DNA from: Eledone cirrhosa
Lineage: Eukaryota
Direction: 5' to 3'
DNA: 64,000 bases
Assembly: GCA_964016885.1 (NCBI GenBank)
Contig: OZ024748.1
Span: forward strand, 24,242,001 to 24,306,000
The position numbers were made by a program, and so were the translations under genes. Positions within the stretch are counted from its first letter, which is position 1. Every line of letters begins with the position of its first letter. Shown here in pieces: positions 50,851-63,944 of this stretch. The notes beneath the pieces were generated by a model that worked only from the letters and a program-made list of their open reading frames with translations, made no database searches and was not told the origin of the DNA.

Positions 50851-51112
50851 ATTTCTCCCAAATGAAACAGTTCTAGTACCGTAGAAGGCCTTTTCTATAT
50901 TAAATATTTACACTGCTTTATATTGAGTACCTTACTTGCTGTGGTTACACCCGATTGAACCCGGGATAAACTTTTATATATATATATAAAAGTTTATCCC
51001 GGGTTCAATCGGGGGTAACCACAGCAAGTAAGATACTCAATATAAAGCAGTGTAAATATTTAATATAGAAAAGGCCTTCTACGGTACTAGAACTGTTTCA
51101 TTTGGGAGAAAT
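50851..51112. repeat. ~125-bp-arm palindrome centred on (TA)n
   Basis: Arms are reverse complements with 2-3 mismatches; left arm preceded by CTGATGA..GAAAC. Confidence 0.88.
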
Positions 51113-51133
51113 TCAATAAACAGACCAGGATTT

Positions 51134-51193
51134 TTTCATTCTGATGATTGAAAGCAAAATTTTTTGCTTTTAAGAAACCACTGGTAAATGGAA
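51134..51193 (+). ncRNA. Type I hammerhead ribozyme motif (Penelope-like terminus)
   Basis: TTTCATT-CTGATGA-[TTGAAAGCAAA..TTTGCTTTTAA]-GAAA-CC-ACT-GGTA^-AATGGAA; all three stems pair; GUA cleavage site at 51184-51186. Confidence 0.82.
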
Positions 51194-51293
51194 TAATTGC
51201 CTTATGTTGTTTATTACATAACTATTAAGCTCTGTTACCTACATAGAGCACTCTTTTTTCCTGGACTTTTCCGACGGAATTACTTCATTCATT

Positions 51294-51395
<102 letters not shown>

Positions 51396-51597
51396 TTACA
51401 ATAATCAAAGTTCAGTTTAAATCATTTATTTGCTTACAATTGTTTCCTCCAAACCGAGGTTTGGATTCTTCGGAGCAACTATTTAGACCTCCTTTTCAAC
51501 ACAAGAGACATATAAAAACATATGCATATATTGACCCACAGTGGGATGACATCCATCATAATGATATAGCATGGCAATTTACATATAAAGGTTAAAG

Positions 51598-51768
51598 GAT
51601 AAAAATAAAAATAAAAATAAAAATAAAAATAAAAATAAAAATAAAAATAAAAATAAAAATAAAAATAAAAATAAAAATAAAAATAAAAATAAAAATAAAA
51701 ATAAAAATAAAAATAAAAATAAAAATAAAAATAAAAATAAAAATAAAAATAAAAATAAAAATAAAAAT
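51598..51768. repeat. (AAAAAT)n microsatellite
   Basis: Direct reading. Confidence 0.97.
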
Positions 51769-52621
51769 GAAACATTGGCAGTTTATGAAGATAAAGCAAG
51801 AGGAAAGTTTAGAGAAGTCAGTGTATGAAACAATCTCACGCGTAGCATGCATGCGTGTCTTATTTATACAGGATTAGAGTGCGGCAGATTGTTACTTGTA
51901 GGATCAGGCAGTTAAAGCATGCAATCGATAGTATTATGCGGGCTGTATTGTTAAATCATTTTTTCGCATACACCTGTATGATATACAATCCCGAATGTAG
52001 AGAAACACCAAAATATCAAAAATATCAAACATATTATAAAACATATTATAACATAGGCAAAACAGTACCACTGTCTTCGCGCACACCACCACTCACATAA
52101 TCCATGAAACGCAATATATAGACTACAGGTCTATCATACAATCCACGATGGTTCAGCATAGAACCAAGTTATAAACCATATCTTGTCGATTTTTAATTAA
52201 TAGATCATGTTGTTTAGTTTTGTGAGATGATATTATATTCCGGAAGTATATATATATATACGTCGTGTAGACGCGTTCTTGAGACTAGTAAAATGAGGTA
52301 TCCTCTTGATAAGTCGGCAGACCTCGCAGGGACTCTATATCTTTATGATGTATTGTTTTTGTTTATGCCACGAAACTACGTAGTCGAGGAATCTAGGAGC
52401 AGTTTAGGTATGATACATTTTATTACTAATTATATCTAAATGTTCCTTCTCTCTTCATAATGTATTTTTAACTCTGATACTGGTTCAGTCTGGTTCAACC
52501 GGATTGGTCTGTCCCAGTCATTCATTGAGCAACATCGGTGAGGTTGGCACCCTTAACTCACGGTTGGGTGTGGATGCATTCATGTATATGTGTGTCCCCG
52601 CATGTTTCTGTGTGTTTCTAA

Positions 52622-52718
<97 letters not shown>

Positions 52719-53287
52719 ATATAAATATATATATATATAATATATATAACAAAGGAAGTGAGGTAAGGAACCAGGTGGACTATAACGCACCAGAGTACTC
52801 GATACTTTGGGTAGTAGAATGGGTAATAGGAAAGGTTCAGGACCCCGACGGCAGAGCTCAAGCCGTTTCGACGGCTATATCTGAACTATATTTGGACTGA
52901 GTCCAGATAAAGCCGTCGAAACGGCTTGAGCTTTGCTGCCGGCGGGTCCTGAACCTTTTCCTATATATATATGTATATATGTACGCATTTGTGTGAGGAT
53001 GTATGTGTTTGTTCGTGTATGTGTGTGTATGCATGTATATATGTGTGTGCAGGGGTTGGGGTATAAATGCTTGAATCACTCGAAGGCGTAGTCTGTCAGG
53101 TGATATTATATTACATTGATTGCAATTCAGCTTTTCCCACCTTAATCCATATCAGTTTCTCCAGCAACACACCACCATACACACCCACACCACTACACGA
53201 TCGCACCACCACAACACCACACCAGACCACACACCACCACACCACCGCACCACCGCAATCCTGTATAGTTTATTGATACTCTATCAA

Positions 53288-53306
53288 CAACTACTACTAA
53301 CACCAT

Positions 53307-53345
<39 letters not shown>

Positions 53346-53424
53346 CATCACCACCACCACTACTACTACCATCACCACCACCACCACCACTACTACTACC
53401 ACCACCACCACTACCACCACCACC

Positions 53425-53459
<35 letters not shown>

Positions 53460-53607
53460 CATCACCACCACCACCACTACTACTACTACCACCACCACCA
53501 CCACCACCACCGCCACCACCACCACTATTACTACTACTACTACTACTACTACCATCACCACCACCACCACCACTACTACTACTACCACCACCACCACCAC
53601 CACCACC

Positions 53608-53642
<35 letters not shown>

Positions 53643-53694
53643 CATCACCACCACCACCACTACTACTACCACCACCATCACTACCACCACCACC

Positions 53695-53726
<32 letters not shown>

Positions 53727-53868
53727 CATCACCACCACCACCACTACTACTACTACTACTACCACCACCACCACTACCACCACCACCACCACCACCACTA
53801 CTACTATTACTACTACCATCACCACCACCACCACCACCACTACTACTACTACCACCACCACCACTACC

Positions 53869-53909
<41 letters not shown>

Positions 53910-53912
53910 CGC
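53288..53912. repeat. (CTA)n/(CCA)n compound microsatellite
   Basis: Direct reading. Confidence 0.95.
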
Positions 53913-54485
53913 CATGACAACATGCATTGATTACATACCGATTATATAATATTCACTGCCGTTGCTTTGATTGTTTCTGTTGTTTAGCCTTAGGTCATTT
54001 CTCCACCCACAGACAGACCTAGGATAAATGACATTCCAGCTCAGACAATGCCTCTGTTGTTGTTTCGATATACATGGTGTCCCTTAATTCTGGACTTGGA
54101 CGTTTTTCCCCTTTATGTCATTCATCTTAACATGTAACAATGTACGTTCTATTACATTAACCCTTTCCTTATATTTTTAATGAAACACACTCTCTCTGAC
54201 CTTCAAATAATTTTGAAAAGAACTTGGATAGATTTAGTAGAATAAATTTCTCTTTAAGCTGATGTTTTGGGGCATAACTCAACAAAAGTACTTACGTAAA
54301 ATTATGATTGATTGTTTTTAGATAAATATAAATGTTTTAACCCCCTTGTTACCATATTTATAATGACTGGCACTTCCTAAGGTTTATCAAATAGCTTTGA
54401 AAATAATCAAGGTTTCGTAAAATAATTAATTTTTTCATTATTAAGTTGGCGTTTGGAGCATAACTTAACATGGTTTCTGGTATAG

Positions 54486-54600
54486 AATAATAATTGTTTC
54501 TACTTTTGGCACAAGGCCAGCAATTACCCAGTGTATTACTGGTACTTTATTTTATCGACCCTGTAAGGATGAGAGGCAAAGTTAACCTCGGCGGGATTAG
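54486..54600 (-). mobile_element. SINE family 1, 5'-truncated
   Basis: Same body; AATAATAAT on both sides. Confidence 0.82.
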
Positions 54601-55612
54601 AATAATAATGGAAAGGATTTAAGGTAAATATAAACCCGTTAAAATACAAGGACAATTGTATCATACACAATGACTGTCAAATTGAATATTTATTGTGAAA
54701 GAAACGTTAAATACTGTTTTGTTAATAGATTCAGATTTATGGGACACTTTATATTTTGGACTAGAGAGAAAATACAAAACATTTACATGTGACAATATAT
54801 TGACTTGAGAAGAATTTACTGTTTGAGACACTCTACTGTGGTTTACTACCTCTGGTTCATAAATCTTGTCAAAAAAAGTCCGATAACTTTTAGTGGGGGG
54901 GGGGGGGGCATGTGTGATTGAGTCGCTTCTACTTTAGTAATTTGATTGGGTAAGTCGATTAAATGAACCCAGTACTTTTCTGGGATTTTATTTTATCAAT
55001 CCTGGAACTATGAAAGTCAATGTTGACCTCAGTCAAACTTGATCGCAGAAGGTCGTTACTAAATATTGCAATACAAACGTACGGATTCGCTCATTCATGC
55101 AGTGGAATCATGCAATAAAAATAAGACTACTAAAAATTAATTCTTACAAAGCTACAAAACATGAACAAAGGAAAACAGAAAATAATATTTTTTGTCTTGA
55201 GAGAAGTGAACAAATATAAAAGAGGGGCTGTTTGTTAGGAGCAGAAGAGAAACAACAGGAATTGTGAAAACGTTAGAAATTTAGTTAAATATGAGACTAC
55301 GAAATGTCATAGTGAAATTATGACAAAAAGAATCCCTTAAATGACCAATAACCCCCAAAACAAAAACAAAGACGGAAAAGGGTGGAAAGGAACAAAAAAA
55401 AAAAAAATCACTGCACTGGTTGAGAAGTGCAGGGTTCAAAGTTATGATTGAAATGTTCTTGAAAATGGAAAAGAATCGAAGCGTTCCCATCAGACACTAG
55501 GGAAAGCATGTAATGAAGTATAAAGAACTAATGAATTACAGTCTTTGGCTGCCCTGTCATTACCAAACAAGAAGACATCTTTAGACATGGCCGAATTACA
55601 GCTTTCATACAG

Positions 55613-55807
55613 CAGACCTGTCAACTCTCCCCGCCCAACGGGGAGATCTCTCACCCACTTTGGGGTGGGTGAGAGATGTCTTCTCTTGTGAAAATGGGTA
55701 TAGCTTTCATTATGTAAAATCTCTCCATTTTGCCTCATTTTACCCCATTTTGGGGCACCTTTTTTCATGGTACTCCCTGTTTGGGTTTTTAGAGATTGGC
55801 AGGTCTG
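55613..55807. mobile_element. MITE-like element with imperfect TIRs CAGACCTG(T/C)CAA
   Basis: 5' CAGACCTGTCAACTCT, 3' AGAGATTGGCAGGTCTG; internal hairpin ATCTCTCACCCAC/GTGGGTGAGAGAT. Confidence 0.65.
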
Positions 55808-56899
55808 TCTTTAGGCATGGCCGAATTACAACTTTCATACAGTGTAATTTATGCCAGCGTTATGAAATAGCACAAGAAAAGATTTTATCATAGCATGCCA
55901 TAGGCTGGACATTTCAACAGCCAGCGTTTGTTGACAGGTAATGTGATTCTCACCAGATATCTGTCGATAGCTAATGTAGTACTCAACAGATGTCTGTCGG
56001 TCACCGCATTTCAGTTGGTTGATGACCTCTCTCTTTGTATTTCTTCGTTGTTTTGTATCACATACTCCATTTATATAGCGTTCGTTCACCTTTCCAAGAT
56101 TTTCAGAAACTGAAGATTGTCTGTGCGTTGGCGTTTTGGCTGTTTTGTTATTTGTTTTATTTTTTTCTTTTGCTTTAATTTGTTTTGCTGTGGCTGTTGT
56201 TACTGTTCTTTTATTTCTTGTTGTTGTTTAAATTCTGGTGTTTTTGTTGTGCTGGTTTCTGGAGGTGGGGTGGGGGTTGTGTGTTATTGTTGTTGCTGAA
56301 ATGTTGGTTATAATGGAGGATAGCTGTTTGTGTTTCTGATCCAGTTTCGTTGTTTTTAGACTAGCCACTGGATGTTCAATTCAACACCTTCACCTTTGAC
56401 ACTCGTCAGCCCATATATATCGGAATGATGGTGAAACTCTCACTCTTGTAGGGAATAATAATGTGCGTCTGAAAGAAATTTCGCTGCTACCCTCTTATAT
56501 GTCGTGGCATGAATGACGAAGTTTATATCACATCATATGAGTCATTGCCTCCAAGAGCTACGAGGGAGGTAGGCTAATATGGCCCCTGTGTTCTATCATA
56601 GATTTGACTCTCTTACAAGGCATAGGCGACCTGGAGGCTATGGTAACATGACATTTACTCAAGATATCGCTCGTGTAATGGGATCAAACCCGGCACCGAA
56701 TGACATCAAGACAAAATGCCTAACCCTTCGACCATGCTATGTGTACTCTCAACAGTAGAACAATATTACATATATTGTTCTCATGCACCACAAACCAACA
56801 TTTATCCGGTGCTACTGACAAAATAGAATTCCAACTTTTGCCAATAGTGAACACCGCCATCCCCACCACCACAATGCCGGCAAGCACATCCAACACCGC

Positions 56900-58500
56900 T
56901 AACACCACCTCCTCAACAACAACAACTGAAACAAAAAAACAAAATTAAAACCAACACAGAGAACTGCGAGAACACAAAAGAATAAGACCGTAGACAATAA
57001 CAATCACAGCACCAACAATGCAACAAGAAGCAAACATTAAAAATAACAGGAACGTCGACAAGAACGACAACACAAATGGCAACAACTATAACATGAACAA
57101 CAATAACAACAACAGCAACAACTGCAACAATAAGAATAACAACAACAGCAACAGCAGCGCAAGACCAACCGTCTATTTTGCGACAGCGGCAAATGAAACA
57201 GTCACAGTGACCGACGAAGAAATGGATGAGGCCAGGCAAATGGTTAAAAAAAAATGGATACAGGGTCAGTTTCACTCCTCCATCAAACACCATGGAATAC
57301 CGGCGGCTATGTACGGTATCATACCGTACAATTACCACAGAAACACGCCGAGTGGAGCTTCCATCCGAGTCCCAGATTCAAAAGGCTTTGGGACATGTGT
57401 GGGATCAAAAAACCCACATCACACGTGGAAAAGGGGCCGTGGAGGTGTTCTTTGCATTTCCACCGGAAGTCAGAGAACACTCCACTAAAGAATAATGAGC
57501 CCACTCTGGTCCCAAGCTACTGTGGACAAAGGCTCGTGCGAGTAAGAACGACCCAGGTTCCGCCGGCAATAGAAATTTCCTGGCTGATAGCTGCCGTCCT
57601 CGCCCACATCGAGGACAACACAAAAATCATCGAGATAGCGAAAATAAAACAAGAAAACGGGTAGGATGGATCTGGCTATCAGCTGAGTCCATCATGAATA
57701 TTTTAATCTGCCTGGTGGCCATGACGAAAGAGGTCGTGTGGTGGACACGTTTGAAAGGGCTGAAGACGAGCACTTACCTGATTAACTTTATCAAATATTA
57801 TTTGAAAAGGAAAGGGCGGTGGATTGGCAGTATCGGTAGAGAGTCGGACGCCATGCTTTGAAGAAGAGTTACGGCCCTGTACGTTCTGTGTACAAATCCC
57901 GCCGAGGTTAACTTTGCCTTTCATCCTTACGTGGTCGATAAAATAAAGTACCAGTAATACACTGGGATAATTGCTGGCCTTGTGCCAAAAGTAGAAACAA
58001 TTATTTGAAAAGGAAATCAGGTTGAAGAGGGAAATGCTCTCTTCCCAGCAATTTGTTGAAAGATGGGCGAGAGAGGCGAGCATGGGTCCGTGTGAATGAG
58101 CCTGCTCTCAGTATGCGCCTGTAGATTGGAGCTGGAAAACTGGGAGAGGGCACTTTCTGGCAGTCAGGGTCACTGTTGCTTTTTGTGGGCTTTCTCCACG
58201 AGTATCCCTCGGAAGTCTTCCTCCATAGTGGAATCTTCCTTTGTTTCGATTTTTTGTTACATCCTTTGTTTTTGTTTTCTTTATACACGCAGAAACCCAT
58301 ATTTGTACCGTCCTTAATGTATTATTTTGTAAACCCTTTGTGGTTAAGAAAGCATTATTGTTTGAATTTTTTTTTTTTTTTTTTTTTTTACACATTTCTA
58401 TCTTTTTACACGGCCAAAACCCACTTTGTATCGTCGTGTACCGTTCTGTGTCGTATGTAATGTTTTTCTTTGTGGCCAATAAATAAACCATTGTTATTAT
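56900..58500 (+). mobile_element. Internally deleted Tx1-clade relic: ORF1 N-half joined (~57705) to the ORF2 C-terminus and 3'UTR
   Basis: TVSYRTIT..LVPSYCGQR..EISWLIAA resembles copy A ORF1 (TVVFRTIN..FYPSYMCKR..DYCWLIAG); then ICLVAMTKEVVWWTRLKGL; 3'UTR related to the 33-kb copy. Confidence 0.75.
57814..57999 (+). mobile_element. Full-length tRNA-derived SINE (family 1) with a 17-bp target-site duplication
   Basis: A-box TGGCAGTATCGG, degenerate B-box, body CTTTGCCTTTCATCCTTACG.GGTCGATAAAATAAAGTACCAG; TSD ATTATTTGAAAAGGAAA at 57797-57813 and 58000-58016. Confidence 0.9.
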
Positions 58501-58540
58501 TATTATTATTGTTGTTGTTGTTGTTACTATTATTATTATC

Positions 58541-58920
58541 AGTAGAGTGTCGGACACCCTGCTTCGGGGCATAGAGTTAAGCCCCTTTACGTTCTGAGTT
58601 CAAATCCCGCCGTGGTTAGCTTTGCCTTTCATTCTTACGGGGTAGATAAAATAAAGCACCAGTAATGCACTGAGGTCGATTTAATCGACTTTCTCCTCCC
58701 CCAAATTGTCTGGCCTTGTGCCTAAAGTAGAAATCATTATTAGAGAGTCGGACGCTATGCTTTCCAGCATAGTTACGTCCCTTTACGGTCTGAGTTCAAA
58801 TTCCTCCGAGGTTTACTTTGCCTTTCATCCTTACGGGGTCGATAAAATAAAGTACCAGTAATGCACTGGGTAATTGCTGGCCTTGTGCCTAAAGTAGAAA
58901 CAATTATTATTATTATTATG
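58541..58920 (+). mobile_element. Two tandem SINE family 1 copies inserted in the (ATT)n tail of the Tx1 relic
   Basis: Two B-boxes and bodies (58541-58742, 58742-58920), ATT tails. Confidence 0.85.
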
Positions 58921-59213
58921 TGCCAAAAGTAGAACAAATTATTATAGCACGTGCTGTTGCAGTCATTGACTTGTAGATGTAGAAGCTAAGCATCAACCGT
59001 ATTAGTGTCACCAATCTGGAGATTGTGGAGGTTATGGGCGTAACCTCGTCCTATTAACTAAACCATAACAAAAAGAAAATGTTTACTCGGCAGGAACTGT
59101 AAATCTAAGAACTGCCTAGTAAACATTTCAAAGACGCGAAGTTGAGAAAATAATACTACTAAAAAGTATCAATATTTCTGTAGAAATTAAATCGAAAAAC
59201 AATTTGGACTAAC

Positions 59214-59900
59214 GTGGAGAGTTTATTAACAGTAGTCATGACACAACTGGTAACATATTTCAAGACCTGGATATTGAAGTTGAGTGTAGCAAAGCCGACT
59301 GTAACGGTATCCCACCTAAATATAAAAGAGGGCCATCGTCAGCTCACCATTAACCTCGATGGCACATCCCTTCCATATAACGCCACACCGACCTATCTTG
59401 GAGTAAAATTGAACCGACAGCTGACCTGCAGGCAGCACCTCGAGTCCTTACGTGCAAAAGTGTCCACGAGGAACAACCTTCTATGTCGCTTGGTAGGTTT
59501 ATCATGGAGTGCTGGCACATCCTCCCCGCCATGCAGCCTTGGTCTACAGTGTTGTGAAGGATACCTCCCCTGTGCGGTGCAGGAACTCCCACACTAAGAA
59601 GCTAGATGCAGCCCTGGACAACTCCTTAAGGCACATCTACGGATGTCTCCGTCCTACATTAAATGAGTACCTACCAACCCTCTCAGGCATTGCTACTGCA
59701 CTCTTTCGTAGAGAGCATCACACAGATGTATCGGTAACCAAAGCACCAATAGACCCAAGTTATCCACTCCATGACATGGCTGAGGATTATCAGCTATTGG
59801 GCCAACATCGCATGATGTCAAGTCGTCCTTTCTCACGTCACTAAGCAAATCTTTGATACTCAGATTTAAACAAGCTTCAGACGTGGGGAGCTAGATGGCA
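59214..59900 (+). pseudogene. LINE RT C-terminal/thumb fragment, I-group (Ingi/Vingi-like), frameshifted
   Basis: YFKTW.LKLS..K, PTYLGVKLNRQLT.RQHLESLRAKVSTRNNLL.RL.G.SW, ALVYS...SPV, GCLRPT..EYLP.LSGIA; clade assigned from motif recall only. Confidence 0.7.
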
Positions 59901-60925
59901 GCAGACATCTCGACCCACCAACCTGTAATATCTGTCTATTCCAGTCGTAGTAGAATATATATATATTGTGTGTGTGGGGGGGGGGGGGCGTATATATATG
60001 TATACACGCTTGTATTTTTTTGGTTGTAACTTCTCTGTTTTTTAGCCTAGGAAAATATATATATATATGCCTATGTATATAATTACATGCATATATTTAT
60101 TTTCTTTTATTAATTGAGTTCTTTACACGAGGAATTAATATTGGTTTTGAAATAACTAATTAACCCGCGTGTGTTTTATATTTTACTCTTAATTCGGCCG
60201 GAGAATTATATTCCCATTTGCCCTTTATAGCATAACTTTCTGCATTTACTGCGGTTATGAGAAGCGGTTCTTATTCGGGTACAACTTCTGATTTAGCCTA
60301 AGAAAATATCTATATGCGTGTGTAATTTATACAAGCATATATTTATTTTTTTTATTTTCAATTGAGTTCTTAAACACGTTGGATTGATAATGTTTTCAAA
60401 AAAACTAATTAACCCGCGTGTATATTATTATTTTTTTCCTCATTTCGTGGATCGTGGGTTGTCTCCCCTTCCCGCTTCGTGTCGCTATGATACTTCCTCA
60501 GTCAAAAACTGCTGGAATTTCAAATTTGGCGGTCATTCGAGGCGAGAGAGAGCAACTTTACGGGCACGATTTTTGACAGCGGTAAGAAATTATTTTCTTA
60601 TATCAAAGTTTAACGGGCTTCCACTGGTGATTTATAAGTGCCCACCTAAATATATTCTTACATGAATATATATTAGGCTTCTACATAAACTGGAAACATT
60701 CTCCCAACTTGTAGAAAACTTATAATGAAACAATTGTTTGGAAAGAGAGATATACTTTAACTTTAATTATATCTCATAAAATAATACAACTGGTTTTTCC
60801 ACATTATACATATTGTTAGCACCCCAAACACTTATATTGGGTTTATATTTAAATATAACCTAATGTTTGTTGAGTGAGATGGTTACCAGTCAGAGTTTAG
60901 CTTTAAACTATCTCTGTTATTGTAT

Positions 60926-61000
<75 letters not shown>

Positions 61001-61244
61001 TCCCGACCGCGGCACCAATTGGTTTGGTCTTGTGTGTATATATTTATAATCCAACGATATACATACATCTCTTTTAAGATCTTTGCATCTGTCATTTTAT
61101 CAGCTGAAAGTGTTATGGCGATGGAGGAGTGGTGACATGAGCAGACTTGATCAGTTGGAAGCACACAATTTCAAATCTACACATAGGCGTCAAGGGTCTT
61201 ATTACATCGTTGTTGTGCTTTCCTGGGACTGGGGTTAACTCCGG

Positions 61245-61305
61245 TGGTTTATCTCGAACCGGCAGTGCCCGCCGGTAGCACTGCCAAGCGAGAGATTTAA
61301 ATCCA
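61245..61305 (-). mobile_element. Short Tx1 ORF2 relic
   Basis: FKSLAWQCYRRALPVRDK matches ORF2 of copies A-D. Confidence 0.7.
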
Positions 61306-61694
61306 CCACTTTCACTTTTGTTCACGTCCAGGACCATCGATTTACTGGCCGGGTCCCTAAACAACGAACTTTCCTCGAGATCCAGGCCTTTATCTATATA
61401 TATAAAACTGTAGTTGTCTGTGTCTATGTCCTCATTTTTGCAAAGTCTATACAAATCCAGATTTCTACTCCGACTGACTTGCATTTATGTATTCCTTGCG
61501 GTCTAAAGATATTAACTGCAGCTTTTATTTTTCAATTTTCTTTTGTTAAAGGGGTGTTAGGCGCCGGTTATCGATCTCCGTCGAGCCCTTATAATATCTG
61601 TCTGTATGTCTGACTATCTGCATTACGACATTATGACGAACACGTCATTGCTGACGTATTATCTTCGCTACACACACATATATACATATATACT

Positions 61695-61734
<40 letters not shown>

Positions 61735-61874
61735 TACATATACACACACATATATACATATATACATATATATATAATAGGAACGATCGACTTTCGTCAA
61801 ATCGGACCGAGGGAACAATGTTTCCGTTGGTCTTTCCAATTGCTAATACTATCTATCGTTCGCAACTTCAGGTA

Positions 61875-61996
61875 GAAGGAACAACGTGAAATAAAGTGTC
61901 TTGCTCAAGGACATAACGCATCGCCTGGTCCAGGGATCGAACTTACAACCTTACGATTGCGAATCCAATTCTCTAACCACTCAACCACACGCCTTC
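61875..61996 (-). mobile_element. SINE family 2 head plus CORE fragment (similar fragments at ~37310-37455 -, ~44475-44570 +, ~56640-56740 -)
   Basis: TGGTTGAGTGG A-box, GTTCGATCC B-box, TGTCCTTGAGCAAGACACTT. Confidence 0.72.
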
Positions 61997-62039
61997 ACTA
62001 TACATATATACATATATATATATATATACAAACACATAT

Positions 62040-62073
<34 letters not shown>

Positions 62074-62189
62074 TCACATATACATATATATAAATATACA
62101 CATAAAAATATATGTATACACACACACACACACATATATATACATACATACATACATACATACATACACACACATATATATATATATAT

Positions 62190-62229
<40 letters not shown>

Positions 62230-62231
62230 TC

Positions 62232-62293
<62 letters not shown>

Positions 62294-62962
62294 AATACAT
62301 TGTAGGTCGCTTTAACCAGTCTTTTATTATTCAAAAAACTTCTTCCCAATAAACATTAACCCTTTGTGCGCCATTCATCTAACTGTAGACCAACAAATAC
62401 CAAGTAAACGGAGCGTTGACAAGAACGATGGCGAATGAATCTTCGAGGTAAGCAGTTTCCTCCCAAGCTGTTAGTTCACGCGGGATTCTCTGCTACACCT
62501 TTTCGTAATAATACCGAACAGCATACTGCTGGTCACTCCTTCCCCCAAAAGCCGTACAAAGCGGACATGTGCATCGGGTAGATGGATCGGGTGCAAATCT
62601 ACACCAGGCCTACGCGACAAATTCGCAAGGGACTGCACCGAGAGGGATAGAATGAACTTTTGAGGTAAGTAGCCTACGCCTTACTGCTATGACACTGGAA
62701 CCTTCTGCCAACTTAACCTGTGACTTTCTCTTTCACATTTACTCCAAAAGGCCAAAACAGAGGAGTATGAAAAGAATATTTCTATGAACAATGCACGTAA
62801 AAGCTAAACTGAACTTTCAACTTCTTAATTTTCTCCAAATAAAACAAGTTTCATGTCGGTATATTTTCGTGAGTTTTTAACAGGCACTCACAAATAAACA
62901 TTTCTCATTAGAGATGCTATTACCAATGTTCTTACCAGTGCAACGCCGAGATATACTGCTAG

Positions 62963-62995
<33 letters not shown>

Positions 62996-63018
62996 GTGAA
63001 CAACACAATATATAACTA

Positions 63019-63086
63019 CTCCATTACCAAAGGTTTCAGGATACTAGACAAAATTAACATACGTCTAGTTCGTTCATCAGATAGAG
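63019..63086 (-). ncRNA. Type I hammerhead ribozyme motif
   Basis: CTCTAT-CTGATGA-[..ACTAGAC/GTCTAGT..]-GAAA-CC-TTT-GGTA^-ATGGAG. Confidence 0.75.
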
Positions 63087-63119
63087 GGATTATCCCTTTG
63101 CCTTTTCTTCGGAAATACT

Positions 63120-63205
<86 letters not shown>

Positions 63206-63612
63206 ACACACACACTCACATACACACACAAAGACACTCACATACACACACAAAGACACTCACACACACTAATACTCACACACACACACACACATATATA
63301 CTAATATCTGTATATTCCTGTGGTAGTATATATCTATCTATCTCTCTCTATATATATATAGAATAAGGAAAGCGAAGTAGTTTCAGATGTTCAAGTCTTT
63401 TAATAATAATGCTGTGATATATATTTCAATGGTGACAGTGGCCACACTGTTCTGTGCGCCAGTGTCGCGACATCATCAGACAGCTTGTTACATAATAAGG
63501 TTATGTGTCCGATGCAAGGCAACGGATGAAGAACCCAAAAGCACACACTTCGTCCGTTCCCATGTCGATTCAATTTGGATTGCATCGGAAACATAACCTT
63601 ATTATGTAACAA

Positions 63613-63686
63613 GCTGTCTGATGATGTCGCAACACTGGCGCACAGAACAGTGTGGCCACTGTCGCCATTGAAATATATATCACAGC
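63613..63686 (+). ncRNA. Type I hammerhead motif with long stem II (inverted twin at 63411-63484 on the minus strand)
   Basis: GCTGT-CTGATGA-long hairpin-GAAA-TATATATC^-ACAGC; palindromic ATATATAT stem III. Confidence 0.7.
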
Positions 63687-63699
63687 ATTATTATTAAAA

Positions 63700-63800
63700 T
63701 CCCGCCGAGGTTAACTTTGTCTTTCATCCTTACGGGTCGATAAAATAAAGTACCAGTAATGTACTGGGTAATTGCTGGCCTTGTGCCTAAAGTAGAAACA
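63700..63800 (+). mobile_element. 5'-truncated SINE family 1 copy with a 13-bp TSD, inside a palindrome arm
   Basis: TSD ATTATTATTAAAA at 63687-63699 and 63801-63813. Confidence 0.85.
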
Positions 63801-63944
63801 ATTATTATTAAAAGACTTGAACATCTGAAACTACTTCGCTTTTCCTTATTCGATATTTACTCCGTCACTCCTATGTGGAATAAGTACGTTGAGTGCTTGA
63901 ATTGAATTGCATCAATATTTACCCTAAGTATATATATATATTAA

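Larger units (their letters stand above)
63361..63930 (+). mobile_element. Penelope-like terminal repeat with an inverted 5' copy, flanked by (TA)n
   Basis: Arms 63361-63516 and 63580-63851 (the latter interrupted by a SINE), each carrying a hammerhead; unique 3' extension into (TA)n. Confidence 0.7.
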
